Positions 1 through 13,457 are shown, counted from the stretch's first letter. The stretch is 64,000 bases of DNA from Octopus bimaculoides (GCF_001194135.2 NC_068981.1:22472472-22536471); one strand, 5' to 3'. Notes: generated from the sequence alone by a model not told the origin. Program-made: numbers and translations.

Positions 1-536
1 ACTCCTTTCAACAATATGCAAACAGCTTGTATATTTTACTGCTGTACCTTAAACCGTTTTTATCATGCTTACAATGTGATGTCAGAAAATGTTACCATGA
101 CAGCAAAAGAAACCTCTCCCTTACCCGCTTTTCTACCTTTTTTTTTCCCTCTTCCTCTTTCAGTAGACTCTATTTATAGAATTGCTGGTTCCCTCCCACA
201 ATCATCCCTCACTACTTATAAAATACTGTCTGTAGTTTTTCTTGAAAAAAGTTACCATAAGAGTTAAAGAATGAGGGTTAGGGACGCAGAATCAGACGAA
301 AGCATTGCCTTCCACAGGGATCGTAATTGACTGCGAAGCTCTTTATTTATTTTGGTTATCTGTGTAATTAGGTTTGTTTAATATTTACATTATTTATTAC
401 GTATGATCCTTAATAATAAAATACTTCACCCAGTATTTACTTCCTTGTTTCATTTCTTTGATAACTTTGTTTATAGTTGCCAAAGATTTTTTTTATCTTT
501 AATGATTTTATTTTCTCATACCTGTGTATGTACCTA

Positions 537-589
<53 letters not shown>

Positions 590-1582
590 AATCTCTCATC
601 CTTCATCTTGTTCACCTCCACCCTGTTGCTAATTAAATTTTGCTCCCTCCTACCCTGCTGTACAAGATGCTATCAAACTAATAATTTTGCTTCTTGGTAT
701 CATTATTAAAAACTGATGTGTGGGGGACAAGGCTTGTTTCCTAATCCATCATCACTTCCTTCCCATTCATTTATTCACACATCTCCTTTTTAAAATTAGA
801 ACTTCTCTTCCACTCACTTTTGTTAAAACCCAATCAGAGTCGGAAACTTAAAGATGAAAGAAATACTTGAAACATTGTTATACTTGTAGATCTTAAAGCT
901 CTTTAACACTCACACACTGTTTATATTGAATGCAAGACCTGACTGTCAGTTCATGGGGTTTAAGTTCGGTGTAGGTATTCTTTTGTTTCTTCTAGGCAGA
1001 GCATTTAATTCTCTGTTAATACAAGGAACAGGTACCTGTGTTTTCTGAAGGGAATTATCTCTCATAGCTTAGTATCTACATGAGGGACGAGTTGTCTCTC
1101 AACCACTTAATATGAAGTACTCTGTGATTTTTTTTATTTCTGCTTCTTCAATTTTTTATGTCTAGGCACTGTTATAGCCTGTGAGCTTAAGTTTTCTTCC
1201 CAATCATGAAATTTTGGGTTCAGTCTCACTACGAGGCACCTCAGGAAAGTGTCTTTTACCATACTTCCAGGCTGACCAAAGTCATGTAAATGAATTTGGT
1301 AGACTGAAACTGAAAGAAGCTCATGTGTGAGGGTGTGTGTGTATTTGTGAGTTCGTATATGTTTATACCACTCCTATTGACCTGTAAAACATCCAAATTA
1401 TACACTGAATTTCTAAAGCGAAGTGTGTGTGTGTGTGTCTGTGTGTGTGGTCATATATGTGCATGTGTATGCTCCATTTTTACTTTATTATCTACATAAT
1501 GCTGATTTCTGAAACACTACCTTCTGTTGTATTTCAGTTATACTGTCTCCTCAAATAATATTACATTCTTAAAGGTGTAAAT

Positions 1583-1693
1583 ATAGCTGTGTGGTAAGAA
1601 GCTTGCTTCCCAACCATATGGTTCCAGGTTCAGTCCCACTATATGGCACCTTGGGCAAGTGTCTTCTATAACCTCAAGTTGAAAGAAGCCCAT

Positions 1694-1731
<38 letters not shown>

Positions 1732-2060
1732 GTGTGTGTGTGCATCTGTGTTTGTCCCCCATCACTGCTTGACAACCAGTGTCGGTGTATTTACATCCCT
1801 GTAACTTAGCAGTTCAGTGAAAAAGAGATCAATAGAATACATACCAGGCTTTAGAAAAACATGTACTGGAGTCAATTCATTTGACTAAAAATTTTTCAAG
1901 GTGATGCTCCCAGTTGTCTGGTTTTGAGTTCAGTCCCACTGCATGGCACTTTGGGCAAGTGTCTTCTGCAATAACCTCAGGTTAACTACAGCCATGTGAA
2001 TAGATTTGGTTGATGGAAACTGAAAGAAGCCTGATGTGCAAATGTGCTTAAGTGTGTATA
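1583..2060 (+). mobile_element. Family A SINE plus adjacent second head (another head at ~1175-1345)
   Basis: Same head and tail as 3305-3678. Confidence 0.8.
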
Positions 2061-2129
2061 TGTAAAATGTGTCTGTGTGCATGTTTGTGTGAATGAGTTT
2101 GCATTTCTTCTCGTCTTCACATATATTTG

Positions 2130-2430
2130 CTTATTAAACAATGATGGTGTCATTTGCTTGCAATCCACTGCAAAGACATGTCTGGGTTTCTCAACGTATC
2201 TTGACATGTATGATCATTGTAAACAAAAAAATAATTCAAATGGTGTCTTTTATTCCAAGTTCTCCACATAACCATGTTCGGGCTCTGTTTGTTTGATTAG
2301 GAGATTATTACCTCATTTGGAAATGGGTGTCAGTTAACATCAGTAAGGGCATTTGGTTATAGGGAAGCCTGTTCCAACAGACTCTCGTCTGACCTATGCA
2401 AGCATGGAACCATAGAAAATGTTAAAACAA
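2130..2430 (+). mobile_element. SINE-like repeat with RTE-type tail (older subfamily)
   Basis: Shares AAATGGTGTCTTT..GTTCTCCA..ATTACC..TTGGAAA..AAGGGCAT..CCATGCAAGCATGGAA with 57480-57785, 27400-27620 and 41045-41185. Confidence 0.65.
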
Positions 2431-3304
2431 ATGAGATTTTCATACTTAGTGAATGTGCTTCATCATATTACGGGATAGCTCTTCTCAAATAGAAAAAGAA
2501 TAGTTTTAAGGCCATCTGACCACGTTACTGATTGAATGTACTTTTTAATTAACCTACCTTTACTTGGAATGATAGGCCCGAAGCAAACCTGGAGTAGAGG
2601 GCATGTCATTAACGAGGTTGTGAATGGTGACAAAAGGATTTGACAAATCTAACTGATTGATTGGTTGACTGAATGATTAATCAGACAATTGATTAGTTAA
2701 GTGGTAAATGTTTAATCAATTAACTTAATTATATTAAAAGTGAAATAAAACCAGTGCATGTTTTTATTATTGGCATAATGGCCCTTCTTAGTTGCAACAA
2801 CATTAGTTTGGTTTCGAATAAAATTACATCTGATGAAGTTGTATGGAGATTTGCTTGGATATACACGTGTCAAACTCAACATGAACACTAGTATCTCTGG
2901 GTTAAATATTAAACTCAGTTAATGCTTCTATTTATAGGTCATTGCTACTCTATATTCAACAATGTCTTACCTTACCATCATAGAATCTGCAACAGTTGCA
3001 AAGAGAATTTCTCTTACAACTCAAAAAGGTATTTTTCATCTCCAAATCTTTCATATAAATTACCACCCACAATGCACTGTTGTGTGCAGAAGCAGCAGCC
3101 TCTTTGAGGTTTCCTATTTCCTTGCTGTATCCTCTTCTATTACCACCTGGAACACAGGTGTTTACTCCATTTCATGATATACAGCAACTTCAGCAGGAGA
3201 TAAACAAACAGAATTCTCTCTTCTTCTGTTTTTGTTCTGGAGACATTTTACTCTAATATTCATAAATTATTAATGATTTTTAACCCTTGTTTTGCTCTCC
3301 ATGA

Positions 3305-3678
3305 AGCGGCTACATGTTAAGTAGCTTGTTTACGAACCACATGGTTCCGGGTTCAGTCCCACTGCGTGGCACCTTGGGCAAGTGTCTTTTACTATAGTCT
3401 CAAGCCGACCAAAGCCTTGTGAGTGGATTTGGTAGACGGAAACTGGAAGAAGCCCATTGTATATATGTTTATATATATGTGTGTATGTGTGTGTGTGTGT
3501 GTATATGTTTGTGTGTCTGTGTTTGTCCTCCCAACATCACTTGACAACCGATGCTGGTGTGTTTACGTCCCTGTAACCTAGCGGTTCAGCAAAAGGGACC
3601 GATAGAATAAGTACTCGACTAAAAGGCGGTGCTCCAGCATGACCACAGTCAAATAACTGAAACAAGTAAAAGAGTATA
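3305..3678 (+). mobile_element. tRNA-derived SINE (family A) with internal (TA)n/(TG)n
   Basis: A/B-box-like head (GGTTCCGGGTTCAGTCCCACTGCGTGGCACCTTGGGCAAGTGTC), central microsatellite, tail GGCGGTGCTCCAGCATG..GAAACAAGTAAAAGAG. Confidence 0.85.
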
Positions 3679-3679
3679 G

Positions 3680-3850
3680 GTTTTATGTTCTGAGTTCAAA
3701 TGCTGCTGAGGTCGACTTTGCTTTTCATCCTTGATGGTAGTGGTGGTGGGGTCAATAAAATAAGTACCAGTCAAATATATGGATCAATGTAATTGACTTA
3801 TCCTCATCCTGGAAAATGCTGGCCTTGTGCCAAAATTTGAAACTAGTATT
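3680..3850 (+). mobile_element. SINE family C with Deu/Nin-like central domain (copies also ~11310, 29845, 33845-, 34125, 36370-, 61960, 63400-)
   Basis: GAGTTCAAAT..GAGGTCGACTTTGC.TTTCATCC..AAAATAAGTACCAGT..GTAATTGACT..CTGGCCTTGTGCC repeated across the window. The domain name is from memory. Confidence 0.65.
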
Positions 3851-4462
3851 TTTACCATAGGTTCAAGCCCTAGATCCTCCTTTACAGAATCCACATCACC
3901 TTTCCAGCTACCATTTTTCTCAACCCTGTCACTAATCACTTCTTCCCCTGTTTCGTGCCATACTCAGCCAACTTTCCCTCTTACCATTCTCTTACCCTCT
4001 ATCAAGGATCATCACCCACTCTCTTCGATTCTCCTTCAGTTATAGGGGCCACTGTAGCCCTTTAGAAAATTAAAAGGTGGTCATCTCTAGTGTTGGTGCT
4101 ACAAAAAATTCACCCAGTACACTCTGTAAAGTGGCTGATGTTAAGAGTGCATGCAACAGTCCTCCAAATTGGCAGACCCTGTGAAACCTGAAACCATCAA
4201 ACACAAGTATAGAAGCTGAACACTAAATAATAAGGATAATGATGTACAAGATCCCTTTTACAATTCTAAAAATGAATCACCAAATTCACTGTATCAAAAA
4301 ATTTAAGGCAATGAAAATATCCTTTTTTTTTGTCCTCACCACCAAAATTAGAGAAGATGTGCACCTGGTGTTCTAGTGGTATGTATGGCAAATAATTTTG
4401 TATCACATTAGAAATGATTTTTCGTACACTACTGTACTTAACAGAATTGATAGATTTATATA

Positions 4463-4589
4463 CAGGGTGTCCACAAAGTCTGGGTACATGGAGTAAATAA
4501 AATCATAACATAAACAATTAAATATAAGAAATAATAACTTCTTAAAGTATGTGTTAATCCCCATGTACCCAGACTTTGTGGACACCCTG
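4463..4589. mobile_element. 127-bp Tc1/mariner-type MITE
   Basis: Perfect 29-bp TIR CAGGGTGTCCACAAAGTCTGGGTACATGG (4463-4491 / 4561-4589), flanked by TA on both sides. Confidence 0.93.
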
Positions 4590-7500
4590 TATAATAGATA
4601 GGTTACTTACATCAGTAATATAAAGGAAGTGAAGATAACTCTAAAGGGAATTGAACTCAGAACAACATGGCACCAAATCATAATTTTTCACAGTGCCCCC
4701 CCCCCCTTTTTTTAAAAATTATGTATCAATTTCCCAACCTGTGTCTAAGAAAATATTAATGCCATGCTACACTTCACTGACTTATACCTGAATGAAAGAA
4801 CAAATATTTTTCATTAAAAAAAGCATAGTTGAAATTTACTATTCTGATGCCATGTGTTAGAATGATAAGGTTACTTCAGCTTAAATAAACTTGATTATTT
4901 ACAGAAACAAAAAAGTATGTATGGTGCCAAATATTTATTTATATATTTTTTTACTACTTAAAATATGAACCTTCAAATTTACTGTACCAAGAAACTTAGG
5001 ATAATAAAAATAATTGAAAACTAAATTTTTTTTTTTTACTGAAAATTTTAGAAAAACTGGTCCAACCATGCCAGCATAGAAGACATGTTAAATGATGATA
5101 ATAAAAGTGCATCTTATATATCCATCCTAGTGGCATATATGGTAACCAACTTTGCATGACATTTAGAGATGACTTTTGGACATCACTGTACAATTATCTT
5201 TAGAACATCTTTCGTTGGTCCTCAGCTCCTAATGCAGCTGTTGGGACATGTTTTGGGCATTTTAAAAGATCTAAACATGGCTAATTTCTTCCATACAAAC
5301 AGAAGTATCAAATCTGGTGGGACTAAAGATACAGCTGACCTTGTCTGAATATGAACTCTGAGTGTAAAGAGTAAGGATGACCGCTCTAACAGTTATTGTC
5401 CTAAGAACCAATCAGTAGTGGTCAAAATAGAAATTCTATACTCCTCCCCTTTTCTTCACCAGTTTCTTTTGGATGCTATGAATCTGACTTCTAGAACAAG
5501 CCATCTTATCCCCAAAATGCAATCATATTACAAACAAACTTAGTTATTACTGTTCTTGTTTAACATCAGGTTAGTAGCTCTGATCCTGCAGATCTATGGT
5601 CAATGGCATTTCAGCCATAGTGCCATCGTACTTTCTTTTTTACAGTGTATCTTGGACTGCATTATATAATGTTTGTTCTTTATGATTGAGGGAGATTTGT
5701 TTGCTATTCTCAGCAAGTAGCATAACCACTTCATTTGACAGCAACAAACTTAATCTAAATGCAAAGCAGTTTCCTCTTTCCATTTTTATCTTATTTTTTG
5801 ACAAATAGATTTAATTTTTATTTAATCTGTTCTATGACATGTCATTCGAGCCTCTAAACTGATAAAAAACAACTTTCTCTTATTTATCAGAAGTGGTGAC
5901 ACAAACAAAACATTTTGTTATGAAATCCACAATGCTCTGATTTAACAAATCTGTTTTTTTCCTCCACCAACTTTAATGAGATGGGAGAGACCAGCGCAGT
6001 AACCAACGAAATCTGAGTACATAATATTGAAAGAAATACAAAAATATCAACGACCGTTTATATGAATTGTTTGTGTATTGGTTGATCCGCTGAAGGAAGT
6101 TTACATTTTTAGGATTGTATGCAGGAATGGTTTACAGTAGTTATTGTAGCTAGATGTAATCTTTTGAAACTTTGTACTAGATGTACTTACTGAGGGGGGG
6201 GGGGTTCAGTTGTAACAAGACCGTAACCAGGACTTTCAAAAGTTTTCCTTGTAAAGTGAAATTGTTTGAAGTTAGTGGAATAAAATATTTTTAAAAAATG
6301 TACTGTAATGTGTGTAAATAAATATACAAGCTGATATTGAATTTATCAATAATACTCATAAACTTCATCATAATGTTTTATTTTATCAGCTTTAGATGGG
6401 TTGCCTGGATTTACAATGATATCATTTTTAATACTTTTTTGTTTCCTTTCACCAAATTCATGGCCTCATACTTATGTTAGAAATCAATATTTTTATTTTG
6501 AATTGCTACATCTATTTCAACTATTTCAATCTAACAACTGATGCCAAGCTGTCTTTGAACTATATCTACTCCATAGAACATCTATAACCATTTTTCAGTA
6601 CATTCTTACCCAGCATGCATCATCTATTCACATTATATATATATATTGTAACAAGAAGTGCATTTATAGAGATAAAATGCTGTACAATATGGCATCATGA
6701 AGCTTGAGGAAAAGCTGTTTGGTTGATTAACACAAAAATACAATATTCAGTATTATGCATCACAAATTCATGAAAAGAAAATTTCACTTGTATTTAAACC
6801 ACTTCTAATTATGAACTACAGAGTTATTCATTGATTGTTTTGAAGAGGAAAATGTTAACTGCTGTTCATGGAAACAAGCAAGGTCTGTAGCATTTTGACA
6901 GCACGTAGGTTGACTTAAGTGCATTCACAATAGATTCTTTTAAAATCAAAATGCATACTGTTTTAGATGATACATTTTTGCTGTATCATATCGTGAAGAT
7001 GCATAGCCCAGTGGTTAGTGTTATGCAAACAACTATTATGTCATGGGATCATTTTGCTAAATGTCTTTACTTTTTTTTATATGTTGTGGTGTGATTTGAG
7101 GGAAATTTGGCTGTTATTCCCAGCAGATAGAATGACCGTGTAGAGACTTTTTCATTGACTCATAAGCTGATTAATCTTAGCCCTTTCTAATGCTGGCCCC
7201 TAACGTTTCCAGCAAAAATTGTCCCTTTTTCCCTAATTTAAAATGAAATATAAAGGTGATTTACATTTCCATTTGAAATGTTGGCAATTTCAAAACCTTT
7301 GCTTGCCCAGGTTTTGTCCACACACACACACACACACACACATCTAGGTATGGCTGTGTGGTTGTTTTCTTCCCAATGCACACTGCGTGTATGTCCCCAA
7401 GTCTTGACATTGTACAGTAGTAAGTGTTACTATCATATCAATTTTAATCATCTGTAGAAACCTGTCCAGCTGTAAGGAAATATGAGTTGCTTGGGAACGG

Positions 7501-9009
7501 GTAAAAATTGGCAACAGGAAAGACATCCAGTCATAGAAAATTTGCCTCTATGAATTCTAACTACCCCATGCAAACACGGAAAATTAGATGTTATAATACA
7601 AACACAGAAAGATGAGAGAAAGAGTTGAGATATTTTGTTACCAAAAATAGTAGAAATGCAGTGGTATTCATGGAATACTTCTTTTATATTCTGAGCGAAT
7701 GTTGAAGTAGTTTCATAGTGAAATAAGAACAGTTTTTGCCATTCTCTTGAAGCTTTATTCCAGCATCTTACAGTGATAATACCAGAAGAATAAATATCCA
7801 TTGTTAATGTTTGACCTCAGGTTAGTTCCCTAATCAAGCATACTTGTGATCAAAAGTTTTCTAGCTGTGACCATGCAGTCTTGTTTTCAAGTATAGAATA
7901 TTCAGGATTACATTATCAAATCTGTCCTTTAAGACAGCAATGGTGTATAGGATTTGATATAAGGGGGATTTTACAGTAATTTTTAGAGTGACATGCATAC
8001 ATGTAGAGATTCTCTGATTAGCTCACATTGTCTAATAATTTTAATGTGTTAAAGAAGTCAATATAATCTACAAAAGTTAGATAATACAAGATTTTAGATA
8101 ATCTATAATAATACTACAAAATCGATTGTTTACAATCAATAATGCATGTCATTGTTTAAGTGCTGTCATAGCTTGGCAGTTGCTGACATGCTTCTCTTTT
8201 GTCTCCCTTATTGCTGTCTGTCTGTCTCTATCTGGTGCTTTTAATGTCTCTGGCAAATACATTTGCAGGTGCATGCACACATGCAAAGCACATGCTAAGC
8301 ATACGCCTCCCCAGTGTGTGCCTTTGCACTTGTAACTCATGCACACTTTCTCTTTGTATCTTCACCCACCCTTTCAATTCCACACTTCCTCCCAACTGCC
8401 CTCCTATTCACTTAACCTTCCCCTCACCTATACCACCCTCACTTAACCTACCCTTTTATTCTTACACCCCACTCCCATTCCAACCCCACTCTTTCTCTTC
8501 TACTCTCTCACTCCTCAATTCTGTCTTGCATCCACCCAATTTCAGTTCCCTTATAATCTAATCTTCCCCGTTCAGACTCTCATGCCATTCTATTTTTCAT
8601 ACCCTTGTCCCCTACTCTATTGCCCCACCATTAGTTTTCCTCTCTATCCCTTATCCTTATTTACTCTGTCTCCTGCTCCTTTTGTCTTCCCTTCTCTCCC
8701 CACCTATTCAATCACCCATCTCCTTATCCTCCTACTCTTTCTTTACCCTACTCTCTCTCTCTCTCATTAAGATGTGTGTATGTGATAGAAAGGAAGATAT
8801 CGTATCCATTCTTAGCAATAGTGAAACAAAAATAAATCTAAAATCAAAACTAATGAAAAAGGTTTAACAAGTGTAAAATTGGTTTTTAACCAACTTACTG
8901 TATGTCAGTAATGATTTGACTTGTATAAAACAGAAATACATGAAGGGAATACCAGCTGCCTCAGTCTTGTTGATAGCATCAGTTGTCTTCATGATATTTC
9001 TTTAACATA

Positions 9010-9405
9010 GTCAGGTAAGGTTGTGTGGGCAAGCAGTTTACTTTGCAGGCACAAAAATCTGGGATTCATTCTTCTGTGTAACTCCTTGGGTAACTATCTT
9101 TTGGGTTGATTTAAGCCTTGTGCATGAAATTTTTATGGAAACTAGACAGAAGCCTATTTTGAGTGTGTCTGTCTACTTGCATGTTTATGTGTACATGCCT
9201 GTTCACGTGTGTCTGTGGGAGTCTGTCTGGGGAAACCAGATCTGTATTTACGTTAGTATCCCTTTATATTCTGTAACTTAATGGTTGATCAAACAGAGAT
9301 TGATAAAATAAGTACCAAGCTGGAATAAGTACTAGGAGTTGATTTTATAGAATAAACCCTTGAAGGTTACATCCTTGTATGGCTGCAGCTTAATGACTTA
9401 AGCCA
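9010..9405 (+). mobile_element. Family A SINE (degenerate)
   Basis: Degenerate head, central (GT)-rich part, AATAAGTAC tail. Confidence 0.6.
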
Positions 9406-10005
9406 GAGGCAATGACTAGTGACTGAGACCTTTGGCAATGCGCTCTGCTTAAGAGGACCCATCAAGTTAAGTGCACCCCTGCTGGTGGCACATAAAAAAA
9501 ATCAACCTTTGAACATCAGGCCACATGGAGGCAAAATGGCTGTGTTCCTTTCGAGTGTTGGGCTTTACAGAGGCAAGGTGGCTGAGTTCCTTTCGAGCAT
9601 TGAGCTTCATGGAGGAAAATTGGCTGAGCTCCTGGGCCACATGGAGGAAAGGTGGTTGTGTTCCTTTTGAGTATTGGGCCTCACAGAGGCGAGGTGGCTG
9701 AGTTCCCTTCAAGCATTGGGCCTCATGGAAGCAATGACCAAGACCTTTGGCATTATGTTGTGCTTGAGAAGACCAAGCAACATCGTAGTCATGACAGATA
9801 CCGGTGTCATGCAAATGGCACTCATGCCAGTGGCACATAAAAGTACCCATTACACTCTTGAGTGGTTGGTTTTAGGAAGGGCATCCAGCCATAGAAAACC
9901 ATGCCAAATCAAACTGCATCCTGGCACAACCTTCCAGTATGCCAGCCCAGTCAAACCATCCAATCCATGCCAACATGGATAATGGACTTTAAATGATGAT
10001 GATGA
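9405..10005 (+). mobile_element. RTE 3' end with internal 42-bp tandem expansion and (GAT)n tail
   Basis: ORF-end motif ...DLWHYVVLEKT, 3' UTR TTAGGAAGGGCATCCAGC and GATGATGAT tail. About five 42-bp units lie at ~9510-9735. Confidence 0.75.
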
Positions 10006-10197
10006 TTTAAAAATTTCAAGGAAATAAGCCATTATTTTTGAATGAAGTCTTAAGTAGAATTTGTTCTACCCAAGTTTCACAGACAATTTTTCATACCACA
10101 CTCCTTTGTAAACCAATGTAAATGCAGTGACTCAATTATTGATCCATCAGAAACCTGTAATCAATTATGCAGCTATCCAAGAGATGCAATATAAAAT

Positions 10198-10563
10198 AAA
10201 CAAGAGCACTCAGAGAGCACAAACCTCCACCAAGGCAACACCAACATCCTCTCAACGATTAGCTGGAGATGATTTTTAAAATAAGAATATCTGAAATAAA
10301 CTCGACTACTCTCGCAAGCGAGAATACTACACATGAACCCGACCACTCCCAAAAATTAAGTAAAAAAAAATGGAAAAATAATCCAGAATCCTTGTCCAGT
10401 GCCAGCCGATCCCAAAATCTAATCAGTTCATGCTAGTTACAAGATCAAACATCTCTGAAAGTTTCATCCAAATCCATCCAGCGGTTCTTGAGATATCTTG
10501 TCCACAAACAAACAAACATGACTGAAAACAATACATCCGCTTTCGCTAAGGCAGATGTAATAA
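10198..10563 (-). mobile_element. DINE-1/HINE-like non-autonomous Helentron, copy 1
   Basis: On the - strand: 5' TTATTACATCTGCC..GCGGATGTA stem-loop, (GTTT)n, then 3' subTIR GGTGGAGGT and terminal hairpin GTGCTC-TCT-GAGTGC-TCTT. Confidence 0.75.
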
Positions 10564-10817
10564 ATATAGTTGACATTTTATTTCTCTTTGTTTCTTTATA
10601 AAAAAATGAAGAAAAAAGACCATTTTAGTTGCATGTCAGCCCTGGCAGAGCTGTAATCAGAAACATTCCAGCTGTGACTATACCATCTTTTGTATATCAG
10701 GAACTTAGTTGCACAATGTTTTGGGTTGTCTGACATTATTTGAATTAAGCTGAAAAATATTTTTAGCATAGTGTTTTATGGCTTTATGAAGCTCTATTCT
10801 TTCTCTACAACTTCCAT

Positions 10818-11193
10818 TTATTACCTCCACCTTAGTGAAGGTAGAGGTATTGCTTTCAGTCGTGTTTGTTTGTTCGATTGTCCGTGGACAAGATATTTCA
10901 AGAAGGACCCCTTGATGGAATCAGATGAAGCTTTCAGGGATGTTTAGCCTCATGATTGGCATAAACTAATATTAGATTTGGGGATTAATCTGGTGACGGG
11001 CAAGGTTCTGGATTATTTTTCCTGTTTTTTACTTAATTTTTGAGAGTGGTCAGGTTCATTTTTAGTATTCTCGTTTGTGAGAGCAGTTGAGTTTATTTCA
11101 GATATTCTCATTTTTAAAATCATCTCCGGCTAATCACTGAAAGGACGTTGATGTTGCCTTGGCAGAGGTTTACCCTCTCTGAGTGCTCTTGTT
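10818..11193 (+). mobile_element. DINE-1/HINE-like non-autonomous Helentron, copy 2 (inverted relative to copy 1)
   Basis: 5' TTATTACCTCCACCTT-AGTG-AAGGTAGAGGTA hairpin, (GTTT)n, 3' subTIR GGCAGAGGT and CTCTCTGAGTGCTCTT end. Colinear reverse complement of 10198-10563. Confidence 0.75.
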
Positions 11194-11967
11194 GTTTTTG
11201 AAATTTGAATAAATTTTACCTCTTTTCAGACATATATGCTGATTGAGTGCCAAGTAGAAAGAAAAAAGAAACAAACAAACAAATAAAACAAATGAAGCTC
11301 AATATTAAGGTAGTGACTCGGGAAAATTGTTAGTCAGACAAAATGACTTGTTTATTTTCTGACTCATGTTCAACGTTCAAATCCAGCTGAGATCAGCTTT
11401 GCCTTTTGTCTCTCTCTGGTTAATTAAGTACCAGTCAGTATATTGAGGTCTTGGGGTGCAATCCTTTTTATTTTTTGTCTTCAATCTGTCAGGTCTTTGA
11501 GATTTTGCTTGGGAAAGTGTGTAAGGTTTGAGAGGCTCTCTGTCTGCTTCCGATGACATTGGATGCATGCTAATACCAAGTTTGTAATCAATGGCTAATT
11601 TAGTCTTGGTAGGTACAACAAGCTTGCTTGCTATGCTGTACTGTGTTGGGGGAAACATTTATGAAACTGAATTGCTTTTGGCTGACCTGAAAATGGCAAA
11701 TGGAGAGACACCCAGAAAAATTTGCAACACATAGATCTATGCATGTTGTTTGTCAAATGTAACTCTCAGGGTGTTGAGAGATTGAAATGTCATCTTTCAG
11801 CAAGTAAATTAACATCCCAGTGCAGCAGCATGTATTGTGTAGTTACTATATTTTGTACATCTGAAGCAGCCCAATGCATAGAATTAAATAGCATAGGATT
11901 GATGATGCAATAAATGTAATGTAACACAGAACAGACAAAAGAAATATGTTTTCTTAATCATTTATTG

Positions 11968-12039
11968 GGCAGAGTAGCACAGTGGAAGTGAGTTGGGCCC
12001 AATACCCAAAAGTCTGTAGATTGAAACTACTCAACACAA
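11968..12039 (+). pseudogene. Initiator tRNA-Met pseudogene
   Basis: GGCAGAGTAGCACAGTGGAAGTGAGTTGGGCCCAATACCCAAAAGTCTGTAGATTGAAACTACTC aligns without gaps to metazoan tRNAiMet (AGCAGAGTGGCGCAGCGGAAGCGTGCTGGGCCCATAACCCAGAGGTCGATGGATCGAAACCATCC). The anticodon is mutated and the 3' acceptor strand is not matched. Confidence 0.8.
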
Positions 12040-12384
12040 AATTGGATGCTGTTTTTATATTTTTACATAATAACTGAGTTGTGAACAAATATAACTACAG
12101 GGATAGGTACAAATGTGTATATACCTACAGGGATAGGTACAAATTATATTATGGAATATAATTTTATACAGAGTCAAGGGATCACCAAAACCCAAGTAGC
12201 ATAATGAGCATTAGATGGTAACAGGATATATACATTTATACATAAATATTTGCTTAAAATAACATATTTTTACATTTATTTATTTAACAGTATTTAACAA
12301 ATAGGTTTATTGTCAATTAAAAGATTTCGATTAAAAACATGTATAAAATCAAATTGCCCATAAAAAGTATTTGTTGTCCCTGTC

Positions 12385-12435
12385 TTGTCCTTGCGGACCC
12401 CCTGTGGTCCGCGGACCACAGTTTGAAAATCCCTG
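12385..12435 (+). mobile_element. hAT-like right terminus (fragment)
   Basis: GCGGACCCCCTGTGGTCCGCGGACCACAGTTTGAAAATCCCTG, a typical hAT subterminal palindrome plus TIR. Confidence 0.5.
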
Positions 12436-13421
12436 GTATAGATAGACATTCCTTTACTGATTCATATAGAATAACATTTTGTTTGGAATGATTCTTTATA
12501 TTCTCTCACAAAGAATCATTCAATTCATCTTATGACATATTGATGAGTCTTTTTTCTGCTTTTATTTCCATTAAAGCTGTTTTGTATTTTTTAATGTGGA
12601 CAGAAAATTTTGTTATGAATACATATCAAGTTCTTAATCCATTGATTTTTTTTTTTAAATGGTGTGATATTTGATAAACAACTAGTGAAAAGTTTCCAGG
12701 GCTTTTGTGCATTTGAAACTTTTTTACCCCCATAAATTAATCTGGATGAGGAGAAACATTCTTGTTTGTGGCAGACATCTTCAGATAATGAGATGTATTT
12801 GATGTTAAATTTCTTTGCCAGAGACACATTTAGTTTGAGGTGATGAATCTCATCATCTCAGGTTGTCTCTCTGGCAACTGGTCTTCCAGCAGGCTTTTAA
12901 CTGGCTTAGTTAGCTTTGATCTTTACATTATTCAATAAACTTCATATAGGCATTCTAAAACGTCATATCAATATCAAAACCACACTGAAACATAAATTCA
13001 ATAAGGTTATTGAAGCCGCATCCCTTTCTCTTTCAATTTCTCTCAGCTGAGGGGAATCTTAGTCTTGTGTTATATGGGGACCTCACTGAAGTTCCTCTTT
13101 AGGTGAACTCATTTATCCACGGCTAAATATTTTGACTTGAGACATAGAGCAATGGTAAGATATAAACTACTGAGCTTAGTTGTGTCATATCTTATCAACA
13201 TGGTCATCCATGCATTCAATATGATAATCTATAACCTTGACCTAAGGCCACAAATTTGGATTAGAGGTTAGACAATTTGATCCATGTATTTGAGTGGTAT
13301 TGATTTCATTGAGTGCAGTAAGATTTGAATCTGGACAGTAAAGGCAAAGAAATAATGCCTCAAAGCATTTTTTCTGTACTCCTTGACTTCTCTACTTTCT
13401 CTAGTGTAAATGATAATGTTC

Positions 13422-13457
<36 letters not shown>

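Noticed and set aside
5940-6320. CpG-containing stretch followed by AATAAA signals, possible terminal exon
   Set aside because: No acceptor-linked open frame; no positive evidence.
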